Below, piece after piece: positions 12,352 through 24,529 of a stretch of DNA of 64,000 bases. The notes under the pieces are model-generated. The model worked only from the letters and a program-made list of their open reading frames with translations, was not told the origin of the DNA and made no database searches. The stretch is from Anthoceros angustus (Eukaryota > Plantae > Anthocerotophyta). The stretch is taken from contig VJWM01000108.1 in assembly GCA_010909165.1 (NCBI GenBank), forward strand, positions 124,001-188,000, in the 5' to 3' direction. The stretch's first letter is position 1; every line of letters begins with the position of its first letter. The translations under genes and the position numbers were made by a program.

Positions 12352-15300
12352 ATGGGGGAGCCGGTGGCGGAGGAGAGGGTCCACGTTTCGCTGATGCTTC
12401 CTCCGGAGATGTATCCCTCGGAAGAGGACTTTCTGTACGAGGAGGAGATTTTGAGGAATCCGTTCACCCTGAAGCTCTGGTGGCGGTATCTTCAGGCACG
12501 GAGGGAGGCTCCGTTCAAGAAGCGGGCTGTGCTGTTCGAGAGAGCGCTGAAGGCCCTGCCCGGGAGCTATAAGCTGTGGTATGCTTATTTGAGGGAGAGG
12601 ATGGAGGCTGTGCGCGGGCTGCCTCCCACGCACCAGCAGTACGACGCACTAAACAACACCTTCGAGAGGGCTATTGTGACGATGCACAAAATGCCGCGCA
12701 TTTGGGCTTTGTACCTCCAGATTTTGGTGGAGCAGAAGCTGGTCACCCGGACCCGGAGGACGTTTGACAGGGCTTTGTGCTCGCTGCCTGTGACGCAGCA
12801 TGACAGGATTTGGGAACCGTATCTGAAATTTGTGAGCCAGCAGGGTGTGCCGATTGAGACTTCTCTGCGTGTTTACAGGCGGTATTTGAAGTTCGATCCC
12901 AACCATGTGGAGGATTTCATAGAGTTTTTGGTGTCTGCGAAGAGGTGGCAGGAGGTAGCGGAGAAGTTGGCTCAGTGTTTGAATAATGAGACCTTTCAGT
13001 CTGTGAAAGGCAAAACCAGGCACCAGCTGTGGCTGGAGTTGTGCCACTTGCTCACCACCCATGCGCAAGATGTCTTAGGCTTGCCGGTTGATGCTATCAT
13101 TCGTGGTGGGATTCGCAAGTTCACTGATGAGGTAGGTCAACTTTGGACAGCTCTTGCAGACTACTACATCCGTAGAAGCTTTTTTGAGAAAGCCAGAGAT
13201 GTGTATGAAGAGGGAATGATGACTGTAATAACTGTGAGAGATTTCACTCTCATTTTTGATGCGTACACTCAATTTGAGGAGAGCATGCTGGCAGCCAGGA
13301 TGGAGACAATGGATGTGGGGGATGAGTTAGAAGAGAGGACTACTGTGGCATCGGAGGCAGACAGGGACTTTGAAAATAAGAAGGAAGGCACTACCCATAA
13401 CGGGGCTGATTCTCTTCCTTCAAAGAGTGGCCGGGCTGGTCTGAAAAATCGCTTTCAGAAATGGGAGCGTGAGCTTTTGTCAAACTTCTGGTTGAAGGAT
13501 GATGTCGATGTCGACTTAAGGCTCGCCAGGCTAGAACACTTGATGGATCGCCGGCCGGAACTGGTTAGCAGTGTTCTCCTCAGGCAAAATCCACACAATG
13601 TGCATGAATGGCATAAGAGAGCGAAGCTTTTCAAGGATAACCCAGCCAAGCAGATCCTTACATTCACGGAAGCTGTCAAGACGGTGGACCCATTTAAAGC
13701 TGTGGGCAAGCCACATACTCTATGGATGGCGTTTGCCCATTTGTATGAAGCCCACAACGATCTTCAGAATGTAAGGGTGATTTTTGATAAGGCCGTGCAG
13801 GTTAACTACAAGACGGTTGATGATCTGGCCACCTTGTGGTGTGACTGGGCAGAAACTGAACTGAGGCATAATAACTTCAAAGGTGCTCTGGATCTAATGA
13901 GACGTGCAACTGCTGAGCCCAATGCTGCAGTGAAGAGGAAAGGTAAGCACTTCTGGGCGGGTAGTCATGCACATGAACTTGGACATGAGGAGTTTGTATA
14001 TTGTTGTGTAATATGCCGTGTGCTTGTGGGCTGCTTACAGTTGCTGCAGATGGTGAAGAGCCAGTTCAGATGAAGCTCTTTAGGTCTTTGAAGCTGTGGA
14101 CATTCTACGTGGACCTTGAAGAGAGCCTTGGGACTTTGGAGTCGACTAGAGCTGTTTATGATAGAATATTAGATCTGCGGATTGCCACACCGCAAATCAT
14201 AATCAATTATGCTTTGCTGCTTGAGGTTTGGTTCAAATGTCCTTCATTCGTTACGTTCTTCTACTCCTGAAAGTTGTCAACGGGATTTGAGCTGACAATT
14301 ATTGTGTCCTTACATCAGGAGCATAAATATTTTGAAGATGCTTTTCGAGTTTATGAAAGAGGTGTGCAAGTATTCAAATACCCGCATGTTCGTGAGATTT
14401 GGGTCACATACTTGTCCAAGTTTACAAAGCGCTATGGTGGAAAGAAGCTAGAAAGGGCACGTGATTTGTTTGAGCAGGCTCTTGAAAAGGTAAACTTGTC
14501 TTGTGTGGTTAAGTGGTTCGGCTTTTGCAAAGTGGGTGAAGTGCTACGAGCTAACTCTTTTTGTGAACTTTTGTCAGGTCCCTGCAGAGGATGCAAAACC
14601 TCTGTATCTACAGTACGCAAAACTAGAAGAGGACTATGGTCTGGCTCGACATGCCATGACCGTATACGACCGGGCTACAAAGGCTGTCCCAGACACCGAG
14701 AAGATGAGCATCTATGAAATCTATATCTCAAGGGCAGCAGAGTTTTTAGGTGTCCCCAAGACGCGAGACATCTATGAGGTTTGACTACTTCCATTTGGCC
14801 CTCATTTGGGGAACTCTGGAAACACGCATTGCTTGAACTGCTGGTGATAAAAGCGTAGGCCTAGCCCTCGATTCCTAGTTGTATGATGTATCTAATACAC
14901 TAGTGATTTTGCAGCAAGCCATTGAGTCAGGGCTACCTGACAAGGATGTGAAGATCATGTGCCTAAAGTATGCAGAGCTTGAGCAAAATCTTGGCGAAAT
15001 AGATCGAGCTCGGGCCATTTACGTGCACGCATCACAGATGGCTGATCCAAGGTCAGATTCAGAGTTCTGGAACAAGTGGAATGATTTTGAAGTGGCACAT
15101 GGCAATGAGGACACGTTTAGAGAAATGCGGCGGATAAAGAGGAGTGTTACTGCCAGCTACAGTCAAGTAAGTCATTTGGTTGGCAAGTAATTTGACGGAG
15201 CTAGCTATCCACCTCTGTTGCTGGTGAAACGGTTGGAGTTTTTGCGCAGTATCTAATTTCCCCGTGGGACGTGAAACAGATGCACTTCATATTGCCGGAA

Positions 15301-15666
15301 TATTTGATGCAAGCTGACCAAGGAAAGTCGACAAGAGAAGAAGCTGTGGATACTCTTAAGCGGGCTGGGGTTCCTGAAGATGAGATGGCGGTTCTGGAGA
15401 GACAAATAGCTGCACAGAGCAACCCAAGACGGCCTGGAGAAGGAACTCGGGTGATGGGCTTTGTGAGTAGTGGAGTAGAGACGGTTGGCCAGGCTGAACA
15501 ACCGAAGGTGGTTGCAAACCCGGATGAGATTGCACTTGAAGACGAAAGTGAAGAGGAGGATGAGCCAAAGGTTGATGTAGCTGAAAAACCAGTTCCAGAT
15601 GCCGTGTATGGAGGCCTGGCTCCGATGGGAGCTCTGGAGCGGCTGAAGAGGCAAAGACTGCAATAA
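12352..15666 (+). CDS. SYF1: Pre-mRNA splicing factor SYF1/XAB2 (HAT repeats), multi-exon
   Basis: YEEEILRNPFTLKLWWRY, ERALKALPGSYKLW, LLRQNPHNVHEW, KYFEDAFRVYERG, HGNEDTFREMRRIKRSV, NPDEIALED. Confidence 0.97.
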
Positions 15667-17039
15667 AATTCCCCGTGTTCAATAGCGAGGAGATCAAGCT
15701 ATATAGTTGGTTACCCTGCTTCGCATCCATGCCGTGCACGTGTTGCCTGAGTGGAGAAAGATATGAAGAGAGAAAGATATGAATGGCGTTCGACATGCAT
15801 GCTCTTGCCTTGTCCTTGGACGGCCGGTCCAGAATGACGGGCCCAGGCAGTGTATGGCGTGGGAGACTTCAGAAGAGGTTAAGTCAGGTTGACCCCACCA
15901 TAATCTTGGTGGGTCAGCACATATTGAGCACGGGGAAACATTGCTTGGGGGCGCTTGGTACTGTCTGCCCAGCACCATGTGTGATGGTATTCAACAGCTC
16001 CTGCAAATCCTAAAGCTCCTGTTTCACGGGAAGGTCATTGTTTATTGGTGCTGATCACAAGCACCGACCAGGACCCAAGTTACTGGGCGCACGTAGGAGG
16101 AAACCTTGGGGAGGTGTCTCAAATTCCTCTCCCCGTCGTCTTCGTTTCACGCTCTCGAGTCCGACGGGGCAGAGGGGCAACTGCAGGAGGTCTTCATCAC
16201 AGGCAAAAGTTGCAGAGAGTTTATGACTGGCTGTAGACATTGCTGCTGTAGGTTGAGTTTTGTGGGAATGGTCATCTGAGAGTCTCTTGGAAGAGAAGAG
16301 CTTGAAGGGTTTGAATTGTACTGTAGCAGGAAGAGCCTCCAGGGAAGGGAATCAAGTTCATCGTGCAGTATATGTAAGAAAAGGGACTGGCAAGTTGTAA
16401 TCGTCTTGTCACATACTTCTGTCCCGTCGCGCGCCTGCTCATCGTACCGTCCCTGTGGCACGAACCCCGACGCACCTGCCGGTATCCTCTCTCCCTTCCC
16501 GGCGACCATCCCTTCTCCGGCAACTGGCTCTTTTTTCTGGTTGCCTCAACACCCTCAATACGCTCCATCAGTCCATGGTTGGTTGGCCAGCTTCTACCAG
16601 CCCGGATCGTCACGGCCTAACTCATAGCCTGGCAACTCCAGCTCCAGGTTCGGCTCGACGCCGGGCTGTCGCCTAATACCAGGCTCGGTTCCAAACCTCG
16701 CTCACGGCCGATAACCGACCACCGGCTTCCTCATCTGCGACTTCCTCATCTGCGACTTCCTCATCTGCCTTAACCAAGATGTGTTCCAAGCTAGACTAGA
16801 TTTCAAAGATGCATCTTCCTTCTTCTTTCCCTTCCTTGACCTGTTTGTATTTGCTATCTTATTTACCAAATTCCAGTGAATGTTCGAGAACGTTTAAGAG
16901 AGCAAGAGGGGCAGTGAAAGTTTGCCAACAGAATGCCTACAACTACAAACCAAGTCTTTGTTCTTGATCTGTGCATGGTTTAAAAGATGTAGTGACATGA
17001 AATTTCCCTTATAGCAACTGGTGTATTGAATACCAAGCA

Positions 17040-17290
17040 GGAATCCTACTGTCTTTACGTGTTGGTGGACTAATATGGTGGAAGATGACATGGTTGTATC
17101 CGATTCTTGACATTTGTTTGCCTGTGTCAGTGCATGTGTGGGGCATCCCGGCGTCATTGGAGAACTAGGCCTTCGAAGTTCAAAGCCATTTTTTTCGTGG
17201 GCAGCAGTTTGGTAGACCTGGATGCAGAGTGTGTCAACTTGGAAGAAACCTACAGTGTGTCTGACAGATTTGGGGCCTCATTTCACGTGT
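17040..17290 (+). pseudogene. PPR (PLS-type) relic
   Basis: TFVCL...FVGSSLVDLDAECVNLEETYSVSDR resembles FV.SSLVDMYAKCGSLEDA..VFD. Confidence 0.65.
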
Positions 17291-17529
17291 CCTCTTCATT
17301 GAAACTGTCGTGCAAGCTGTGAACAAACTTTGGCATTTATGTTTGTGCACAAGCATTTATGTACAAACAAAGCCCACGGGCCACTGCCCCACCGGCCAAC
17401 ACATGAGCATGCACCTGCTGGCAGTGGCCATCCAGTTTTCGAAGTCTGCAGTGCGAACCCCTTGCACCTGCTCTGGTGTCTAGCGAGAAGGAGATCACGG
17501 GCGGCGCCCACGACCACAGTGAAGTGCTA

Positions 17530-18620
17530 CTCTACACTAAATTGACACGAAGGTAGTGGTGAGCTGAACAGTGCCTTGCACTCTGTGGAGGCATTCACAA
17601 AGGCAGATGGAAGGATCACAGGTAGTCGATTTGCTATCAGATTCACTTCCTTGGTCTCCAATCTGTGCAGTAAGTTGCTTTCCTTTCTCCAAATCCCGAT
17701 TGTCCACACTTGCAATTGCGTGCGGGAGGCATCCATATGTCACTGGATGGACATGCAACATTCCCTTCCTTGCGACGAAAGCCATGGCTGTGTGAATGTT
17801 GACATGTAGTCTTGGACGAGGTCCCGCTCACCTGACTTGGAGGAAGGAATTCTTGCTAAAAAACGATGTGTTTGCCCAGGAACCTAGACTCTTAAAAGCC
17901 CAGCAGGACACAGACATGGACGGAATAGCTTGCTCACGCTTTCAGCCTTGGGCCCCTTTCGTAACCTGCAGGGATGATCCGGGAGCGATGATCGCTACCC
18001 GTTCAGGTCACGATTATACAGTCTTTATTCTGATCTTAAGGAGAATACAGGTCTTGTATTCAGATTTCCAAAGAACACAGGTCTGTCAACCTCCACACAG
18101 CCATGGATTCTGGTGGAGCAAGCACATCACGGGCTTGCTACAAACGGCCAGCCAGTAATGCCGTCCCATGGCCATGCTGATGCAACGCTGTACTGGCTGC
18201 AGCAGTTCATGTTGTGCCTCCAGGGGGAAGTTTATATTGTTGTTGAGATTAAACCATGAGCTGAGCATACGATGTGAGCATGCAGAGGGAGGTCGATGAT
18301 TCTATGGCGAAGTATCTGGCTCTGCTATGGGTGGCCATATCTACGTATGGGTTGGACACCATCGTGTGCACCTTCCCTTCACATGCCAGGCTGCAAGATC
18401 CTGTGGATGCTGCTCAAGGATTGAGGAAGCCCTTCATGGATGTTGCTCAAGGTTTGAGGAAGCCCTTCATCTTCACAATGCTGTGCACCAAAGATCGAAG
18501 CCATTGCTGCTGCTAACTCTGTGATGATTGAGGAAAGCCATGATAGCAGGCTATCTCCAAATTCCAGCAGGGTATGGAGCAGCAAGCCCTTCGCATTATG
18601 CAAAGAAGAAGGCATCCCTG
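17530..18620 (-). pseudogene. Rearranged relic paralogous to the 5' part and upstream region of the PPR gene at 24.5-28.3 kb
   Basis: VTYGCL...LEKGKQLTAQIGDQG (L-motif-like); DNA similarity of about 17925-18620 to about 27540-28260. Confidence 0.7.
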
Positions 18621-19197
18621 CCCCCGTGGGTTTGCCATTGTAAAGGATCGGAGGTCAAACCTCAAAGCCAGACGGCAGTGTGTTTGTAGCTAGCCTGGAC
18701 CCAGCGGGTGCAACCGGCCAGTGAGCTTGTTTGTAATGGCTTCCAAGCTGCACATTGTATGCCAAACGTGTCTCGCAGATCCATTGGATGACATTGTGCG
18801 GATTGCACGCTAGCTACCGTCACATTCCTCAGTGCATTGCATATGTGTACAAGAAACGTTGTAACACAATGTGCTACCAAGAACTGCCTGCAATGACGGT
18901 CACCACAAGCTTGCACCTTGAAGCAAGAATGATCGAATGCATCAAGCAGCTGTGAATTATTAACAGGCGGCAGCAAACTCTGACCCTCGTCAAGGACATA
19001 GACGAGTCATGAATACGTGTGAGGAGTAACACAGCCCAAGTTTCCACTTTGATGAAATCACAACTTTGGAAATTAAAGATGTAGCCGCCATTCAAAATAT
19101 AGATGGACAAAGTTGGTGTGAGAATTCCCACCACTTGAAGTCTCTCACACACGATGCTCCACACCTGACGTGTTGTCCCTGACAAAATCTTGTGTGT

Positions 19198-20394
19198 TCA
19201 TGCGGACAGCATCTGAAAGCTGGCTGCGTGGAGCTTGTAATCAAACTTGTGGTCGACCTCCACAAACTTCATGTCCGGGTTGGCCACAAGCACACCCCAT
19301 GCAGAATCCTTGGTATCAAAAACCAAATGGCCCAAATAAGAGTGTTGGGCGTCGGAAAACGAGAACAAGAGCAGGTCTCCTGCCGACTGAACGCCGTCCA
19401 AGCTCAATGTGTCCCAGTTGCAAGTTTCGGGATTCTTGCACCTGCTCAGAAGCTCCAACGTCACGTCTTCAGGAGGCTCGGGAAAGGGGCGCCAGGCTTC
19501 CGGCTCGGGAATCACAATGCCCATTCCCTGACTGGTTATCACCAAAAGAGTCTGGCCGTGGGCGTGTGGTATGACCAGGCAACTCGGTGAGCTTGAAAAC
19601 ACGTTCCCCCAGGCGTTCGTAAATGCTGGCGTCTCCCGATTGTACAACGCAGTTCCCGAGCTTGAGCTCACAAACAGTAGCTCCGTCCCCGACCTGTTGG
19701 GTGCCAGCAGATAATCACCCCACACAACGAACTGAAAAGCCCAATCCGGACACTCACGTCGCAGGATGGGGCAAGCGGGGGTGATCGTCTCCCACGTGTT
19801 GGTGTCGCTTCTGTACACACTCAATCTCGGGCTCCGGGAGATGCCACCTGCTGATGCTGAGCTTACTGCCCACGTGACATACACCTCCAGAAGGTGTTCC
19901 ACGGGCAAGTGCACAATCTGCACATTGCACACCTGGATGCAGCTCCTCATAATCCCGTTCCGCCCATAAAAGGGTGGCAGCTTGGCATATGTGTGATTGG
20001 TGACATCAAGGACGCAGATTTCCTGTCTTCCGGCCATGAAACACACAAAACCGTTGTCATGGCTAGACCATTTCAGTTTCAGTGGACGTCGACGCCCGGA
20101 ATCGCGCAATGCAGTCAGGTCAAACTTCTGGGAACCTGGCGGGCTTGAGGTTGTCCCTTGGACTTGCTGGACTCTGCAACGTGTCTTCACCCTGAAAAAG
20201 TGGGGCAGCCTCCTGCGAATCACCAATTCCAGGCTCACCCTGCGCAGCCTTGCTTGCTTGGGCTTAACCCAACACGTACCACATACCAAGGTCGGTCGAA
20301 TGTGCCACCTTGGGTTGGAGCTTCTGTTTTTATCGATGCACACCGTGAGCAATGTTAACAACCATACAACACAGATTGGCACAAGATTGAGCAA
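19198..20394 (-). CDS. Uncharacterised protein with an F-box-associated/kelch-like beta-rich region; true start uncertain
   Basis: 398-aa ORF; HDNGFVCF...ICVLDVTNHTYAKLPP and VYRSDTNTW resemble plant F-box C-terminal domains; no clear F-box seen. Confidence 0.5.
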   Translation of the reverse strand: MLNLVPICVVWLLTLLTVCIDKNRSSNPRWHIRPTLVCGTCWVKPKQARLRRVSLELVIRRRLPHFFRVKTRCRVQQVQGTTSSPPGSQKFDLTALRDSGRRRPLKLKWSSHDNGFVCFMAGRQEICVLDVTNHTYAKLPPFYGRNGIMRSCIQVCNVQIVHLPVEHLLEVYVTWAVSSASAGGISRSPRLSVYRSDTNTWETITPACPILRRECPDWAFQFVVWGDYLLAPNRSGTELLFVSSSSGTALYNRETPAFTNAWGNVFSSSPSCLVIPHAHGQTLLVITSQGMGIVIPEPEAWRPFPEPPEDVTLELLSRCKNPETCNWDTLSLDGVQSAGDLLLFSFSDAQHSYLGHLVFDTKDSAWGVLVANPDMKFVEVDHKFDYKLHAASFQMLSA

Positions 20395-21399
20395 GGTTGG
20401 AAGTCACCTTTGTTACAATGCTCACACACAAATTTTGAGAACCTTTGGATATGTGAACCTACCTTATAATCTTCGGTGATGCGTCATAGATATTGGTGAG
20501 TGCGAACAATGAACCTCTCGTCGTTCCACGACCAACCGAGCAAGCGCCCATCAACGGCTTGAACAACGCTCCTTCTGCCATCTCGCTACCACTCCACAGA
20601 CGTCTGGAAATGATGTTTGCTAGGGCAGCAGTCCTCGTAGTAGATAACACTCGAGCACTTGAACTTGCACGGACGAATCTTGACTATCCCCCCAGAACTT
20701 GTCAAAGCGCGTCCGAACTTGTGGGCACGCCATCTATCTCTTGAATATTCTCAAAGCAATATTTTATGCTTGTACAAGAGTTACATAACCTCTTTTGTAC
20801 ATAATAAATGAGGTTCACTATGTGTATAAATGTTAACTAATTAGCTAATTTTTATAATATAATGAGTAAATATGAAAGTTAATTTTTGTTAAAGTTATAT
20901 TATTAAAATATATAATAAATTAGTATCTTTAAACCTTTTGATATTATGAACATCTTCACCACATTTTTTAAGTCTAGAAACTCTAAACATTATGCAACAT
21001 ATAAATAACTATTATTCTTCTTTTTAAACGATTAATCTCAAGTTTGCTCTCCTCTCTAGGTCCCAATACCATCGTCAAGTCTCAAACCACGAGATTGTAA
21101 TTAGTTTAATCTTAAGTAACTATACAGTTGTTTAGTGAGAAAAGCCTTATATTTATTTTCCTGCTGATTTTATGCTGAGACAAACGTAAAAAAATCAAAG
21201 CACTTCCGCTAACATACAATTGTCACTACTCAGAACACTAACAAGGCATGTGAGGTAGCTGTTCAATGGAGACTTTATTTAAAAGGAAGAGATGGGAAAA
21301 CCCATCTACCCTGAACCAAGGGGGGACAACCTAGTGAAGTGCCAAGAGCTAGGGGGCTAGCCCCCACAAATGCCAACCCCTAGCTATACCACCCTGATT

Positions 21400-21800
21400 A
21401 TGTCTGGTCTGAAAAGAGGAAAGGCCTACTTACAACTAGTGCTGATGACACCACGCCTCCTGTGCTCGTTGCCGTCCTGTAAATGGCGTTGGCCAACGCC
21501 CTCTGCAGGGCGATGGATACCTGCTGTCGAAAAAAAGCCACCACCGAGGAAAGAGGGAGACCCTCTGCAGGGCGATGGATACCCGCTGTCGAAAAAAAGC
21601 CATTACCGAGGAAAAAGGGAGACCTACCCCGTTTCAACGAATCTGCTAGTCTTTAGTGCAATCCTTAATGAGCTGGAAAAAATCCTTGCCCATAGCCCCG
21701 TGAGTCTCAATGGCGTGCCTATCCTGTAAAGGTATGTACTTGTGTACCTTGGCAGTCGTGCATCTCTCTGCCGCCCAGCCCGGAGGGTTGTGATATAAGC
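21400..21800 (-). mobile_element. 3' fragment of a CRE-like non-LTR retrotransposon (restriction-like endonuclease C-terminus)
   Basis: AAERCTTAKVHKY...AIETHGAMGKDF...FFRQQVSIALQRALANAI; contains an internal ~60-bp duplication. Confidence 0.7.
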
Positions 21801-22434
21801 TACAACCTAATAATTCCATCCTAGACAGGCAAGACCCTCCCATTAGGCAAATGCCCAAGACATCTCTGCTGTACATTGATCTTGCCCCGGATCCCCATAT
21901 GTATATATGTACATGGTGCATGCATGTTAATTATAAATTGTTAATAATATGTATATACAAGATAAGGCTGCAACATTCAAAGGATCTTTCTCTCCATGCA
22001 TGCACGACAGCGTTGGGAGTAGGACAGCAGCTGTATGAGAACTTTTCGGAATTACTGCATCTAGTGCTGAGTGAGGCTACTTGAATTTCAGGGGTTGCTA
22101 AATGCAAGTACGCGGTGCCGGTTAGAGATTCAAGCATTTGCTGTGCTTGTTAGAGATTCAAGCATTCGCTACTCCAGTATAGAAGGCCAAGGGCGGATAG
22201 AAGGTCATAGCCTATTGGGTTAGATGAAAAACCTCACTACCAGAGTATATAAGGTGGACTCTGTAGTGCTTATGACACACAAGTAGCTAGATAGCTTGTA
22301 GGTAGCTTTGCTAGTGTGTAGGTGTCATGTATCCCCTTGGTGGAGTAATATAAGAATACCCTTGTTTCAGGGAGATCTTCATATTCTAACAGTCCCATCT
22401 CAGATCCTCGGTGCACAAGGAGATATCGATGCAG

Positions 22435-22560
22435 AGGAAGAGGAAGCATATCAAGACGCTCAGGAAGCCTATCAAGACGCTCAGGAAGCCCATCAAGACG
22501 CTTAGGAAGCCTATCAAGACGCTCAGGAAGCATATCAAGACGCTCAGGAAGCATATCGAG
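22435..22560. repeat. 21-bp tandem repeat, about 5.5 copies
   Basis: AGGAAGC(A/C)TATCAAGACGCTC repeated. Confidence 0.9.
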
Positions 22561-24529
22561 ACCGCCTGCCAAATTCCGCGCGAATCAGCTGGTGCCACCA
22601 GCCTGGTGGTGGTGGTGGATTCCTCACCAACTCACTGTTTCCTAAGCGTCCTGCCAGTGGCCCTGGATGTGCGCCTTCTTCCCTCCCCGTGAATCTATGC
22701 AGGGAACAGAAGTATGTACTAAGAGCATTTCCAAGAATCGTCGAATTACGTCGGAGGTTGGAAGGGAAAGTGTATCAGAAGCCATTGCGCATGTTGATTG
22801 AAACTCATCTCCATCAAGCCTGGTCGTGGGCAGGAACAGGAAATTATGACATGCCCAAAAGAATTGTCCTCCGGCCCATGTCGTTCAAATTTTGGAGAGT
22901 CGCCAAGAAGCAATGCAGTGGGGATGAGAAGACAGGCCGGCCACAGCAAGGAACGCGATTCAAAGCATGCCAAAAATCGTCTTGGCATTTTGTTCATGTC
23001 TCGAATTGTGAGTGAACTCACCTGTGAACACGTCCTTGCTGCCGTGCGCGTATTAGGAATGCAAAGAAATGGATGCAGAACAACTGTCTTGCGTACCCAG
23101 TTCTTTCAAGGCATCCGGATCCGCACTCTCAACGATACAACGTCTTCGCTGAGGCGACCATGCCATCTTCCAGCATATCAGTCCAGCACATGTAAAGACA
23201 TGGGGATCCCTGGCTAATGCCCTGCCGGGAATACACCAGTTGCTATCAAGGAAATTCCATGTCAGACTCTAGACTGCATCTTTTCGACCATACGCAAATC
23301 AACAACATGCAAGACTTCGTTTGTAGCTGACGTGTTGGTAGCTGTCAGTCTCGTAAACTTTTGCGACTTGCCCTTGTGTTCGTAAACGTTTCCCCAATGT
23401 CAAGTAGTCTCTCAATGCCGACCCGGCCCGCCCTACCTCCTTCGGCAAGGGCAGCCAGCTCTCGTTTCTTGGCCAGTGCAAGTGTAGGGCTCTAAACCCT
23501 AAGTCCAGGAAGGCGCTAGCCACTGCATCCACCATGCCCGCCTTGCAGCACGCAATTTCCTCCAGCCCTTTCTTCAGGGCAGGGTACGGGGAGTGGAACA
23601 CACGACACTCTGCTTGAACCAGAGCTCCAGGGACCTGTGGGCAATGGCCGACAATCCATCACCGGCCTGCTTTTTGATAATGTCGCGGACCCATCAGCGT
23701 GCCTCCAAGGGCATATTGTGTTCCATTTCGCTGGGCTTGACAATGTTTGAGTCTTGGGAAAAGTGGAGACTACCAAATTCCAAAGTACCCTCCAGCTCAG
23801 GAATCCGGAGGCATGGCCTGAATGAATGGTCAGGAACCGGAAGATAATTACACAGCACAAAATGAAGAATGATAATTCTGGCATTGTGGCATTGGGTGGC
23901 AGAGCGAGCCGAGGTGAGAGCAGCCTAGACACTGGCAACATCTGCGATGTTTGCAAGATTTGTGCATGTTCCACACGATGTCATGAGGGTGTGAGCCGCA
24001 GCAACTGACCCATCTCCGCTATCGGTTGTTCGGGGCTGTCACAGAGGGCTGCAGAGGTTGCTCCGGATACCTCCCAGCAGGAAGGCGGAGGCGGTGAGAA
24101 GCAGAACCTGGAGAAGGCATTCGTAACCGCAACACGAGGTCTGGTGGACAAAAAAGGCGCGAACGAGGGCAGGCTGTCTAACATCCTCACCCAGCGGGAC
24201 GAGGATGTTGCCTATTCTGGAGGCCGCCTCACCGGCAACGACAGCTCCCGCGTCGCCCAAGTCCCCAACCTCATCGACACAGTGAAGGAAACGCTCCGGC
24301 AGTCTGCCGAAGGGAGGGACTCAGATTGAATCCTGGGCTTGTGCAGCACCAGACCACATTCTGCATTCGATGTAAATGTCCTGAACAACAAACCACGATC
24401 CAGGGCTTTGTAAAGGAAAACCTTTCACGGTCTCTACCGCCCATGGCTCCTCATATCTCCAGCGTCCAAACAGCTCATTGGTCTGTGTTCCATGGTGACC
24501 TGTTGAATGTCGAATTGAACCTTGTTCAG

